A DNA stretch of 64,000 nt from Thermoplasmatota archaeon (GTDB lineage Archaea; Thermoplasmatota; Penumbrarchaeia; Penumbrarchaeales; Penumbrarchaeaceae), in contig JBLIRH010000002.1 in NCBI GenBank assembly GCA_049472215.1, positions 23,815 through 87,814 of the forward strand. Direction: 5' to 3'. The notes beneath the pieces were generated by a model. It had not been told where the DNA came from. It did not search any database and saw only the letters and a list, made by a program, of their open reading frames with translations. The position numbers and the translations under genes were made by a program. The number at the start of each line of letters is the position of its first letter. Within the stretch, counting starts at the first letter, position 1. Below, piece after piece: positions 1 to 9,522 of the stretch.

Positions 1-1011
1 TGATAGGTCCCAGATCACATTTGTGGTATTTCCCGTTAGATTTATCCATTCTCCCTTGGGGTCCAAGAGCGGTTCCCAGGGACCCCATTCACCATTGTTT
101 CGAGACCTTATCCAATGGTATATCCCGCCGCCCCCCGATAGCCCTTCTTTTGTGATATTCCCCCTGAACTTGTAAAGAAAATAGATCTGAGGCCGACTCT
201 TTGCCAGGAAGCTGTCCCAGGAATCAGGATTGAACCTTGTCAGGTCAAGGGGGGGCGATACCAGAGAATAGATTCCGGTCCTGGGAGACATGCCTGAAGA
301 ATCATTTCCCACCCAGAAGGCAGTGTTCGGTGTATGAAGGGTCTCGTATCCACTGGCCAAGGGGTGATCGCTCACGTGCCATTCCATCCCCTCCTCACCA
401 TCATCCGACTCAGAGGTCCAACCGTCCATGGAGGAACCGTTCCAGAAATCGGTCCCAACCCATAGCCCGTCCGTTATCGACTTCTGGTCCAATGCATACT
501 GAAGACCGGCGATCAGCGTCCTGTTGGTATATGGCCGCGGGTCCCCCGGCAGTTTTATCGTGATGTTCATGACATAGGCGCCGGCGAATTTCGGCACCCA
601 TCTGAATACGATCAGCTCGGAAAGGGCCCCATCGCCCTTTGGAATGTAAACAGTTGTCTGGTCCTTGTACATTATCCTACCTTTATCGAACGAGAATCCC
701 TTGTGGGCATCATACCAGTATAATGTCAGGTTCACCTGTATTCCGGAGAAGGGAGCATCGGCCGTGTTCTTCAATCTCAACTCGATGGATGTGGTCCTGT
801 TCACGATCCCGAGGCTATAGGGCCCCCATTGCGAGATACCTCCGGAGATGATCCTGAGATGCTCTTTGGGGATGGTCACAAGGCTCCTTGATGGTGGTGC
901 ATCCTGAATCGATGTATCCTCTTCAGTTCCACCCGCAGTTCCCATCACCGGCAGACCGACGAGAAGGACCATGACCATGATGGTCGCGATGTTCGTAGCT
1001 CGCCATCCCAT
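1..1011 (-). CDS. Secreted protein, N-terminal 337 aa only; the gene runs off the left edge of the window
   Basis: My own translation of the minus strand from ATG at 1011 is open down to position 1 (MGWRATNIATIMVMVLLVGLPVMGTAGG...). It has a hydrophobic signal/anchor followed by N-x-T-rich, beta-rich sequence. It is absent from the ORF track because there is no stop codon inside the window. Confidence 0.6.
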   Translation of the reverse strand, partial: MGWRATNIATIMVMVLLVGLPVMGTAGGTEEDTSIQDAPPSRSLVTIPKEHLRIISGGISQWGPYSLGIVNRTTSIELRLKNTADAPFSGIQVNLTLYWYDAHKGFSFDKGRIMYKDQTTVYIPKGDGALSELIVFRWVPKFAGAYVMNITIKLPGDPRPYTNRTLIAGLQYALDQKSITDGLWVGTDFWNGSSMDGWTSESDDGEEGMEWHVSDHPLASGYETLHTPNTAFWVGNDSSGMSPRTGIYSLVSPPLDLTRFNPDSWDSFLAKSRPQIYFLYKFRGNITKEGLSGGGGIYHWIRSRNNGEWGPWEPLLDPKGEWINLTGNTTNVIWDLS

Positions 1012-1068
1012 GGTTTTGGAAAAAGGTCTGAGTTCAAAAAGATATCGGATATATGAGCCTCCTTTCCC

Positions 1069-1707
1069 CTATCGAGAGTACCTATCCAGAAGGAAATGGA
1101 TGATGGAGATGACCATATGAGAATGGAGGACCTTTTCACCGACCCGGAAACTCGAATAGGCCTTTTCCGTGACCACAGTTGATTCATCCATTGTAAGGTC
1201 CTGGTCGTCGGAAAGAACGAACATCAAGGGCGATCCCTGGAATTGAGCGATTACCGATCCGTCCATTTCCGACCCCATCTCATCCATCATGTAAACTTTT
1301 CCGGGGAACCTCCCAAGAACCATGTCGAGGTCAGCCCTGGCGATCGTGATCCCGGGTGAAGGTCGAACCACCGACCCCTTGATATCCGCCAGCTCGTGGG
1401 AAAGGCATTTTCTCATGAGAGCGGCGCATGCTCTCTCGTCAGGGTTCAGATATTTGACACTCTCCCCGTTGATAGATAGTAGCTTCGGAGGGTCTTCTGG
1501 TCCAAGGAGCAGAATGTGGACCGATGTATCTCGACGCATATCATGGGAGAGGAAAAGAGCTGATGTGATGGCCCTTGCCACCCCGTCCCATCTCCCCGAG
1601 GCGCCACAAAGGTCATTGATGTTTATCGAACCATCGGACCTGGCCCTGTGAGCGATGATCAAGAAGTTCCTGTCGGATGATCCTAGGACCTCTTCAAGTG
1701 ATTGCAT
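1069..1707 (-). CDS. trmY: tRNA (pseudouridine54-N1)-methyltransferase TrmY-like (SPOUT, DUF358)
   Basis: Core sequence NDLCGASGRWDGVARAITSALFLSHDMRRDTSVHILLLG...LNPDERACAALMRK matches the TrmY pattern as I remember it. I trimmed the ORF to the ATG at 1707 (MQSLEEV) because the upstream 58 aa are an R/K-rich shadow overlapping the next gene. Confidence 0.7.
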   Translation of the reverse strand: MQSLEEVLGSSDRNFLIIAHRARSDGSININDLCGASGRWDGVARAITSALFLSHDMRRDTSVHILLLGPEDPPKLLSINGESVKYLNPDERACAALMRKCLSHELADIKGSVVRPSPGITIARADLDMVLGRFPGKVYMMDEMGSEMDGSVIAQFQGSPLMFVLSDDQDLTMDESTVVTEKAYSSFRVGEKVLHSHMVISIIHFLLDRYSR

Positions 1708-1726
1708 ATCGACTCCCGGCTGAAGG

Positions 1727-1999
1727 TCATTTCTTGTTCTTCTTTTCCTTCTTTTCCTTATCTTCCTTCTTCTCTTTCTCATCCTTCTCGAAGTGCAACC
1801 GGGCTTTCTCCTTTCTCCTGATCGCGATCTGAGCGGTCCTGATCCTTTCCTGATATTTATGGCGGGCCTTGGACCAACCATCCTTGTCTATTCGGCCCTT
1901 TTTATGATATTCCCTGGCTTCCTGGAGCTTTGCTTCGAACTTCTCGATATCCTGCCTTAACTTCTCGATATCCTTTGTCAACTTCTCGATCTTCCCCAT
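1727..1999 (-). CDS. Small Lys/Glu-rich coiled-coil protein, function unknown
   Basis: 90-aa ORF with heptad-like sequence (KLTKDIEKLRQDIEKFEAKLQEAREY) and a KEKKEDKEKKEKKNKK tail. It sits tightly between the trmY and FTCD genes on the same strand. Confidence 0.5.
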   Translation of the reverse strand: MGKIEKLTKDIEKLRQDIEKFEAKLQEAREYHKKGRIDKDGWSKARHKYQERIRTAQIAIRRKEKARLHFEKDEKEKKEDKEKKEKKNKK

Positions 2000-2010
2000 G
2001 ACAATGCACC

Positions 2011-3675
2011 TCAGAGATTCTCATTCACGATCCTTCTGATCGAGGAGATAAGCTCCTCTTTCCTGGCTATCATTGACACGATCTTGGCATCCATGTCCGC
2101 TACGTAGTCCTCGTCCTTGATTGACCCGAGGTTTATCTTGATGTTCATTATCGCTCCGTCCAGGCCGGCTGAGGCCATATCAGCTCCGACCCCGACATCG
2201 GAAATGGAGTTTTTATTGCCTTTTTTAGCTATAGGCACACCAGCATCTAGTATCTTTAAACATACCTCTGCTGTTTCCAGAGGGGTGGCGATCGCCTTCT
2301 TGTACCCTGCCTGTATCGCTTTCGATCTTTCAGCCTTCTCCTCTTCTGTATCCTTGGGTAACTTGAAGGCCGCCATCACATCATTAAAGGCGTTTGCATC
2401 CTCATCCACGAGTTCCAGGAGACGGGCCCTCAGAAAAGATACTTCTTTTGCTTTCCCCTTCATCTCGTCCCACACTTCCTCGTATTTCTTCTTTCCAACG
2501 GTCAGATTGCATACCATTTCGAGAAGAGATGCGCCAAGGGAACCGGAAAGAGCGGCAACACTGCCCCCTCCTGGTGCTGGTGAATCCGAGGATAGCTCGG
2601 CGAGGAAATCCTTCATTCTCATCGATGCCAGGGGGCCAACCTCTTTGACCATGTAGTCGATCACTTTTTCATCAGGTTTGAACTCGTAGAGCTGGTTCAG
2701 TCCAAGTTCGGAGACCGCAAGGTCCAAAAGGTCCTCCTCGTTGGAAAGATCCCTGGCGAGTTTTCTTGCATAATGCATGCCAGCCTTTACCAAAGCAGCC
2801 TTGGGGACAAGTCCGACGATCTCCGAACCATTAACGTCGGCGCCTAGCTCCCTTGATATTTCTTTGCATGCGTCGAACACATGATGGAGGTTCACTTCCT
2901 CGAAATCGAGGAGGTTCATGGATACCTGGGCGATATCCTCGTTGTACATCATGCCGCCCGCCTGGACCCCCTTGAATCTTCCTGGTATCCTTTCGGGTTT
3001 TCCATCGGGTCCGATGATCTTCTCCCCGCTCTCATCTTTTTTTAGAACACCGCTTTCCCTGATCTTCCCCGATATGGCGGATGCTATTGACTTGTCCGCG
3101 GTGTTCAGATTTGCGTTGTAGGCAATGAGGATCTGTCTTGCCCCAGTAACGGATGCCCCGCTTTTAGGGACGAATACTGGATCTCCGAAATCTGGTTTGA
3201 ATTCCGGGTCCTTGAACTTCTCCTCAAGGGCCTCATATTCCCCTTTTCTTATCGAAGGGAGGCTGACCCTATCCTGCCTTCTCGCTGAATTTGCATAAAG
3301 GAATACCGGGATGCCAAGCTCATCCCACATCCTTGCCCCGAACCTTTTTGCGAGTTCGGTGCAGTCGTCCATTGTCACACCTTTGATCGGAATGAACGGG
3401 CACACGTCCAGTGCTCCCATCCTTGCATGTTCTCCCTTGTGCTTGGTCATGTCAATAAGGCGGGTCCCGATCCTTGCTGCCTGAAATGCCGCTTCCACCA
3501 CTTCGTCTGGTTCACCGACAAATGTGAAGACCGTCCGGTTGAAATCGGCTCCCGGATCCACATTGAGAAGTTTCACGCCCTTCACACTTCTGACAGCTGA
3601 GGCTATTGCCTCGATAACGGCAATATCCCTACCTTCACTGAAATTGGGAACACACTCGACTATCTTGTCCATCAT
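2011..3675 (-). CDS. Bifunctional glutamate formiminotransferase / formiminotetrahydrofolate cyclodeaminase (FTCD-type)
   Basis: The N-terminus MMDKIVECVPNFSEGRD is typical of formiminotransferase. The C-terminal part, SDSPAPGGGSVAALSGSLGASLLEMV, is typical of cyclodeaminase. ATG ATG at 3675 is preceded by GGTGG; the ORF track's TTG start at 3690 is less likely. Confidence 0.85.
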   Translation of the reverse strand: MMDKIVECVPNFSEGRDIAVIEAIASAVRSVKGVKLLNVDPGADFNRTVFTFVGEPDEVVEAAFQAARIGTRLIDMTKHKGEHARMGALDVCPFIPIKGVTMDDCTELAKRFGARMWDELGIPVFLYANSARRQDRVSLPSIRKGEYEALEEKFKDPEFKPDFGDPVFVPKSGASVTGARQILIAYNANLNTADKSIASAISGKIRESGVLKKDESGEKIIGPDGKPERIPGRFKGVQAGGMMYNEDIAQVSMNLLDFEEVNLHHVFDACKEISRELGADVNGSEIVGLVPKAALVKAGMHYARKLARDLSNEEDLLDLAVSELGLNQLYEFKPDEKVIDYMVKEVGPLASMRMKDFLAELSSDSPAPGGGSVAALSGSLGASLLEMVCNLTVGKKKYEEVWDEMKGKAKEVSFLRARLLELVDEDANAFNDVMAAFKLPKDTEEEKAERSKAIQAGYKKAIATPLETAEVCLKILDAGVPIAKKGNKNSISDVGVGADMASAGLDGAIMNIKINLGSIKDEDYVADMDAKIVSMIARKEELISSIRRIVNENL

Positions 3676-3816
3676 ACCACCATGGAGCAAAACGATTACC
3701 CTCGGAATGCCTGAATGGGCCTAATGGGAATATGGTAAATAAATCCTTCACACTGAGGAGGAGGAGTTTCATCAACGTTGGATAAAGTAATTTAATCAGA
3801 AGACAAAATCACCTTC

Positions 3817-6258
3817 ATGTTTGCCGAGAGGGTAATCACGCCCCTGTCGATACGGAGGACTGTTATCACAGCGACCGTTTCGATGTTCCTCATACTGACA
3901 GGATCTGTTCTGCTATTCCCTATCGGGACCAATGGCGACACCCCTGAAGGGTTCTACTCGATGGAATACATGATGGGATCATATCCCTCAAGGATCGTGA
4001 AGGAAGGAGAGAATTACCGTGTCCTCGCGAATCTGGACATACCGGCCTCGAAACCATTATACATGGGACCGGGGACAAGGGTCCTCTTCGATGAGGGGGT
4101 CTATCTCAATCTGACGGGCGCGCCACTCATCAGCGGAGATCTGGAGCAGAAGGTCTATTTAGGTCCATATATCAAGGGTGAACCATGGGGCGGTATCAAC
4201 CTGATGGAGGGAGATCCAACCGCATCCTCGATTATTATGAACGCTACCGTGGAGGAGGCGGAGATAGGGATCAGGTCGCACTCATCTGATGTTGTGATAT
4301 CCGATACCGAGATATTAAACTGCTCGAGGAACGGATTGGACGTTAAAGGCCCCTTGGGGACCGGTAAATATCTATTCGCTGAGAGGGTCCGAATATCCAA
4401 TTCCACTTACTACGGAATTCATCTATTGAAGGTAGATGACTCCCGCCTAAATGATATCACGATCGAAGAGTGCGGGACCGGGATCCGGTCCTATCGGTCG
4501 GAGGGCCAGATGGTCGGATTGAATATACTGGAATCCAGCAATATCGGTTTCAACGCGGTGGATTCCGACCTCGTCATCATTGATCTCATCCTTTCCTCCG
4601 AAGAATCTGCCACCTCCCACCAGCTGCTTTCATTGAACTCCACCATCTCCCTGTCCAACGGAAGGGTCGAAGGTGCGAACGTTGGGATCTCGGCTTTGAC
4701 CCGGACCGTCTTGGATATGGACGGCATACGGATCAACAACATCTTCACCGACGGGATCCAGACATCCAGTGCGGAGATCACCATCCTGAACTCTGATATA
4801 ATGGCCTCCGGTGAAAGCGGACTGCACATGGTGGACACCACGTTCTGGGTAGGAGGCACCATATTCAACAACAACGGTGCAGGGACCGGCGAACTCGTTT
4901 TCTCCTCGATCTATTCCGATGGGTCCTCTGGCAAGTTCGAGGGATGTACCTTTACAGGTTCAGGTTACGCCCATATCCACTCGGTCTCATCCGATATCGT
5001 GGTCGGGAATGCTACCCTAGGCTCGGTATTGAACCCGAAACTGGTCCTGGACGAAGGATCGAAAATTGTGATGGTCGACACCGTCCCTCCTTCCGATATC
5101 GAGATACTCGATGACATCTCCCAGCTGATCTACCTGATAACCCTCGATGTGACCGTTCTGGAACACGTTGATAGGTACCCGGTAGCAGGGGTGCAGATCG
5201 ACCTCAGGGACGTGGATGGGCGGTGGATCGCCTCATCATATACTGGCCCCGATGGTGTCTCAGAGGACATTCCCATGACGGTTTATGAAAGGGACTCGAC
5301 AGGCATCTACTCCTATCTCCCCATCAATCTGATCGCACAGAAGGATGGTTTCGAAGTGACCTCATATGATGTGGAAGAACCCCTTCATGAGGTGGAGCTT
5401 CTCCTGTTCCCACCAAACGATGTGCCCTCGATCTTCCTAACAGGGCCAATTAATGGTACGAAGGTAACGGGATCTGTTGAGATAGAAGGCGACCTGACCG
5501 ATGACCTTGGTATCTTCAAGATCAAGGTAAGGTTCGACGAGGGTTATTACAGGACCTTTGAGGAGTTCGACTCCATTTCGGATGGTCATTTCAAGCTGAC
5601 CGTCCCGATAGGGAACCTTTCAGGCGGCCTTCATTCAATATCCGTACATGCGTTCGATGGAACCCATATCTCGCTTCCCGTGATCAGGACCATAATGGTC
5701 CTGGACCCCAGGATGAACGATACCGACGAAGATGGAATTCCTGATAGCGAGGAGGATGCAAACGGCAATGGGATCGTTGACCCGGGTGAAACGGACCCTC
5801 AGAACCCTGATACGGACGGCGACGGACTGCTGGACGGTATCGAAATAGATACCAGCGACGGCAATTCCACTGATCCTCTTGATCCCGATTCCGATGATGA
5901 TTTCCTCAAGGACGGCTTCGAGGACCAGAATGCCAACGGGAGGGTCGACCCGACCGAGACAGATCCGAATTCATGGGATACGGATGGCGACGGTGTCAAC
6001 GATCGGGATGATCGCTATCCGATCGATCCCTTTAGATCGAGTGACGAAGAACCCTCACCCAGTTCCATATGGGTGATAATCCTCGCAACAGTATTCATAA
6101 TGGCTCTCATCATCGCGGTATATCTCTTCTACATGCAGGTAAGGGGGGCAAGGGTGAAGGTTGTTGAGGACGAAGAGGAGATCAGAAGAGCTCGTCCACC
6201 CCAAAAAAGGCCAAGGGACATGCGTGAAACCCGCAGACCACCCCAACGGAGACGTTGA
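3817..6258 (+). CDS. Surface protein: signal/anchor, right-handed beta-helix repeats, thrombospondin-type-3-like Ca-binding repeats, C-terminal TM and basic tail
   Basis: N-terminal hydrophobic segment, then repeated short beta-helix-like units. DxDxDG-type runs follow (DTDEDGIPDSEEDANGNGIVDPGETDPQNPDTDGDGLLDG...DTDGDGVNDRDD). There is a TM (IWVIILATVFIMALIIAVYLFY) and an R-rich tail. Confidence 0.8.
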   Translation: MFAERVITPLSIRRTVITATVSMFLILTGSVLLFPIGTNGDTPEGFYSMEYMMGSYPSRIVKEGENYRVLANLDIPASKPLYMGPGTRVLFDEGVYLNLTGAPLISGDLEQKVYLGPYIKGEPWGGINLMEGDPTASSIIMNATVEEAEIGIRSHSSDVVISDTEILNCSRNGLDVKGPLGTGKYLFAERVRISNSTYYGIHLLKVDDSRLNDITIEECGTGIRSYRSEGQMVGLNILESSNIGFNAVDSDLVIIDLILSSEESATSHQLLSLNSTISLSNGRVEGANVGISALTRTVLDMDGIRINNIFTDGIQTSSAEITILNSDIMASGESGLHMVDTTFWVGGTIFNNNGAGTGELVFSSIYSDGSSGKFEGCTFTGSGYAHIHSVSSDIVVGNATLGSVLNPKLVLDEGSKIVMVDTVPPSDIEILDDISQLIYLITLDVTVLEHVDRYPVAGVQIDLRDVDGRWIASSYTGPDGVSEDIPMTVYERDSTGIYSYLPINLIAQKDGFEVTSYDVEEPLHEVELLLFPPNDVPSIFLTGPINGTKVTGSVEIEGDLTDDLGIFKIKVRFDEGYYRTFEEFDSISDGHFKLTVPIGNLSGGLHSISVHAFDGTHISLPVIRTIMVLDPRMNDTDEDGIPDSEEDANGNGIVDPGETDPQNPDTDGDGLLDGIEIDTSDGNSTDPLDPDSDDDFLKDGFEDQNANGRVDPTETDPNSWDTDGDGVNDRDDRYPIDPFRSSDEEPSPSSIWVIILATVFIMALIIAVYLFYMQVRGARVKVVEDEEEIRRARPPQKRPRDMRETRRPPQRRR

Positions 6259-6262
6259 GATC

Positions 6263-6904
6263 TTGTCAAGGAATCGTCAAAGGTCCAAGCTGATCGCTCT
6301 GGGAGAAAGCAAGGTCCTTTTACTTGGTACTCTCAAAGGGCTCCTATCAGAAAAAGAGGTCGTGCGTTCTATTTTCATGGATTTCGATCCGGATGTCATC
6401 TGCCTCCATATCAGCAAGGAAGAGTTGAAGGGATTGAAAGCTGTTGTGAACGGCAAGGTAGAGAATACTTACCTTTCCACTACCGAGAAGATCTATGCAA
6501 GGGAAATGTCCAGATTCGGTGAGGTTCAGATACCCCCACCTTCACTGGTGGAGGCCTATAACATCTCCCGGGATGAAGGGCTCCCTGTCAGGTCCCTGGA
6601 TTTCGATGATACTTCCTACTCGGAGGTCTATACCAGAACGGTCAGCGGAATGACCCTGATCAGGCAGTCCCTGAGGATCAAGAAAATAAATAAAAGGAAA
6701 TTCAGTTCCGACAACCCCGAGGAGTTCGTCCTCGAATGGGACCGGACCATCAACAGGTTCAGGGGTTTTCGGAATCTCGAGATCGAAAGGGAGAAGAGAA
6801 TGGCCCGGAGGATAAGGGATATCTCTCGGAAGTTCTCCAGGGTTCTTGCGATCGTTGAATATGAGAGGATGAAGGGTATTTTCGAGAACCTCGACAAGGA
6901 CTGA
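6263..6904 (+). CDS. TraB/PrgY-family-like protein with a degenerate GTxH motif
   Basis: KVLLLGTLKGLLSEKEVVRSIFMDFDPDVICLHISKEE parallels the TraB N-terminus (GTAHVS...PD.V.VEL), but His is replaced (GTLK). The start is uncertain: TTG at 6263 is the first candidate after the upstream stop at 6256-6258. Confidence 0.5.
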   Translation: MSRNRQRSKLIALGESKVLLLGTLKGLLSEKEVVRSIFMDFDPDVICLHISKEELKGLKAVVNGKVENTYLSTTEKIYAREMSRFGEVQIPPPSLVEAYNISRDEGLPVRSLDFDDTSYSEVYTRTVSGMTLIRQSLRIKKINKRKFSSDNPEEFVLEWDRTINRFRGFRNLEIEREKRMARRIRDISRKFSRVLAIVEYERMKGIFENLDKD

Positions 6905-7003
6905 ACTGGTATTCCTCTCAAAGGTTGATAAGATGGGGAACAAGGTAAAGTACATCCTAGACCTTTTTACAGAAAGTCAACTGCAGGATCAGGCGGTCGG
7001 TAG

Positions 7004-9403
7004 ATGAGTCCAGACGAGGATCTAAATCAATTCTTCTTCCAGAGTCCATGGAAGAATATCTTCCTTTGGCACTTCATGGAAGTTGAGAAAGAAGCGGTGA
7101 TCGCAACACCAACCATGGACATGGACATTCTGAGGAAGGTTCAGTCCATCCTCATCGCAAGATCGCAAAGGAAGCTTCATATCAGACTGATCCTGCGCTT
7201 CTCGGAATCCGACTTCATGATCAAGGGCATCGATCCAGAGGTCCTAAGAATACTGGCGCTGCTGCTCAACGAGCCAAGGTCCAAGATAGAGATCAGGTTC
7301 CTCAGGAACCTTTCCCTGACATCAATGGTACTGGACGGTAAAAAGGCCATAATCGCGACTGGGGACCTTTCATCGGACCAGCTCCTGAAGGACTTGGTCT
7401 ACGGGCAGCTCATAATAGGTAAGGACATGGTCGATACGATCCAAGAGGACCTCAATGAACTCTGGACTTCCTCCACCCCCGCAAGCTCAAAGGATATCAC
7501 CGATTACATGGTCCGGATCAAGGAAAGGGAGGAGGCGAGAAGGGCATGCGAGGCCTCCGATGGATCGATTGTGGATCCTGAGCTCAATGAAATGATATCT
7601 ATCGGAGATACCATCGAGCCACTGGGGAAGGACAGACCTGAACCCCACCTCGACGAGATCAAGAAGATCATCAAGGAACTTCTTGTTAGGGCCAGGGACT
7701 CTGTCGAGGATGACAACACCGAAACCGCACTTTTCTACATCGAGGAGGGTCTTACCCTCGATGGTGATAATCCAGACCTTCTTCTTGAGAAAGGAAAGGT
7801 ACTTTTTGGGGATGGAAACTACGAGAAGGCCTTGACCTGTTTCGACAGGATCCTTGATCAGAACGAAGATAACCGCGATGCCTGGGCTTATCGTGGTATG
7901 TGCCACCACGAACTGAACGATCTTGAAGAAGCACTCTGCTCATACGACCAGGCCACCGATATCGATCCTCAATACTATCCCGTTTGGATCAAGAAGGGAA
8001 TAATAATGGGTAAAACCAAGGGGAGGGAGGAGGATGGCTTGAAGTGTCTTGAATATGCCCTTTCGCAGGACCCTTACAACGAAGAGGCATGGTTCAACAA
8101 GGCACAGATCCTGGAACAGAGACTTGGCCGGATGGATGAATCCATCCTATCCTACCGGTCCCTGCTGAGGATCAACCCTAACCATGTTGTTGGTTCCTTC
8201 AGGATGGGATTGATATCATACAAAAAAATGAACGACATCGCCAAGGCAAAGAAATATTTCAACAAGGTGGTCGAGGCCGATCCTTCCCATGTCCATGGGT
8301 GGATGTTCAAGAGCGAGATAGCAGAGAAGGTTGATAAGGATTTCAACTCATCTCTTGAATTCCTTGATAATGCCCTTGAATCGAATCCCGACTCGCCTGA
8401 GGTCCTTCATAGGACGATAGATCTCCTGCTGCGGCACCGCAAGAAATTCAAGCGAGCGGTCGAACTTGCGGACCGGCTTCTGGAGACTAAGGGTAACGAT
8501 CCTGTCGCATTGTACGTTCGCGGTCTGGGGGCTCTGAAGATCGATAACGATCCCGACAGAGCTCTGGAGCTGATGAACGAATCCATCAAAGCGGACCCGA
8601 AGAACAAGAAGACGATAATCTCCAAGGCCAGCATACTGGCGGAGCACCTTGACCGGGCGGGCGATGCTGTTTCATTGTTGAAGGCGGCCCTTAAAAGGAA
8701 CGAGAAGGACCCAGAACTCTGGATGGAACTCGGAATGGTCTATTTCGACTCCCTATATGATCCGAAGGAAGCCCTGGACTGTTTCGACATGGTCACAAAG
8801 CTCGATAACAGGTCCTCGGATGGATGGTACAATAAGGGCATGGTCCTTTCCAGGGGTTTTGAGAAGCATCAGGAAGGCTTGAAATGCCTTGATCAGGCCA
8901 CAAACCTCGATGATTCGAACTATCTCGCCTGGCACGAGAAGGGAAGGATACTCGTCGAGATCTACAAGCTCACTGATGATGGTCTCAAATGCTTCAGAAA
9001 AGCTCTTACCATAGAACCGGAGGACGTCGAGATACTTGCATCCATGGCGAATGCCGTCAAAGGAAAAGGAGACCTCCCGGGTGCGCTTGAGTATTACAAC
9101 AAAGCTGTTACGATCGATCCAACCAATATCAATGTCCATCTCGACCTTTGTGAAACCTATTCCTCGATGAAGGATCTCGAAAATGCCCACCGGTCACTTA
9201 CCTCGGCACTTCAGGTCGATCCCAAGAACGAGAAAGTATGGATGATGAAGGCGGAGATCTTCCGGCAGCAGAACGAACCCCAAAAAGCGCTGGAATGCTA
9301 CAAGAGAGTTCTAAGGTTCAATCCCGACCACCAGGATGCTCTCAACAAGAAGACCTCCGTTGAGGCGCAGCTCGAAAGGAATGGTACTGCCCTGTCCTAT
9401 TGA
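7004..9403 (+). CDS. Large TPR-repeat protein with an uncharacterised N-terminal domain of about 150 aa (possibly a degenerate PLD-like fold)
   Basis: From about aa 240 onward there are many 34-aa TPR-like units (A/W/Y..G......Y.EAL..Y..AL..DP). The N-terminal segment IEIRFLRNLSLTSMVLDGKKAIIATGDLS resembles an HKD/PLD strand-loop but lacks His and Lys. Confidence 0.8.
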   Translation: MSPDEDLNQFFFQSPWKNIFLWHFMEVEKEAVIATPTMDMDILRKVQSILIARSQRKLHIRLILRFSESDFMIKGIDPEVLRILALLLNEPRSKIEIRFLRNLSLTSMVLDGKKAIIATGDLSSDQLLKDLVYGQLIIGKDMVDTIQEDLNELWTSSTPASSKDITDYMVRIKEREEARRACEASDGSIVDPELNEMISIGDTIEPLGKDRPEPHLDEIKKIIKELLVRARDSVEDDNTETALFYIEEGLTLDGDNPDLLLEKGKVLFGDGNYEKALTCFDRILDQNEDNRDAWAYRGMCHHELNDLEEALCSYDQATDIDPQYYPVWIKKGIIMGKTKGREEDGLKCLEYALSQDPYNEEAWFNKAQILEQRLGRMDESILSYRSLLRINPNHVVGSFRMGLISYKKMNDIAKAKKYFNKVVEADPSHVHGWMFKSEIAEKVDKDFNSSLEFLDNALESNPDSPEVLHRTIDLLLRHRKKFKRAVELADRLLETKGNDPVALYVRGLGALKIDNDPDRALELMNESIKADPKNKKTIISKASILAEHLDRAGDAVSLLKAALKRNEKDPELWMELGMVYFDSLYDPKEALDCFDMVTKLDNRSSDGWYNKGMVLSRGFEKHQEGLKCLDQATNLDDSNYLAWHEKGRILVEIYKLTDDGLKCFRKALTIEPEDVEILASMANAVKGKGDLPGALEYYNKAVTIDPTNINVHLDLCETYSSMKDLENAHRSLTSALQVDPKNEKVWMMKAEIFRQQNEPQKALECYKRVLRFNPDHQDALNKKTSVEAQLERNGTALSY

Positions 9404-9494
9404 AGCACCGAGATCATAGGTTCTGAAAGTTGGGTCCGAGGTCACCCCGATCTATGGATGAAATTATGATCGAAGCAGAACCATTCGATAGATG

Positions 9495-9502
9495 TTAAAT
9501 AA
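9495..9502 (+). promoter_or_regulatory. TATA-box-like element (TTAAATAA) for the KaiC-like operon
   Basis: Centred about 25 nt upstream of ATG 9523 with no SD in between, which fits a leaderless archaeal transcript. Confidence 0.35.
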
Positions 9503-9522
9503 CCATTCGAACATCAACTTTC

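Noticed and set aside
5700-6050. An apparent tandem repetition of GAT/GAC-rich sequence in the surface-protein gene. Similar stretches occur at 28950-29050 and 24800-24860.
   Set aside because: This is protein-level repetition (DxDxDG Ca-binding loops, poly-Asp linker) inside intact ORFs. It is not a DNA satellite or a CRISPR-like array, because the units are not identical at the nucleotide level.
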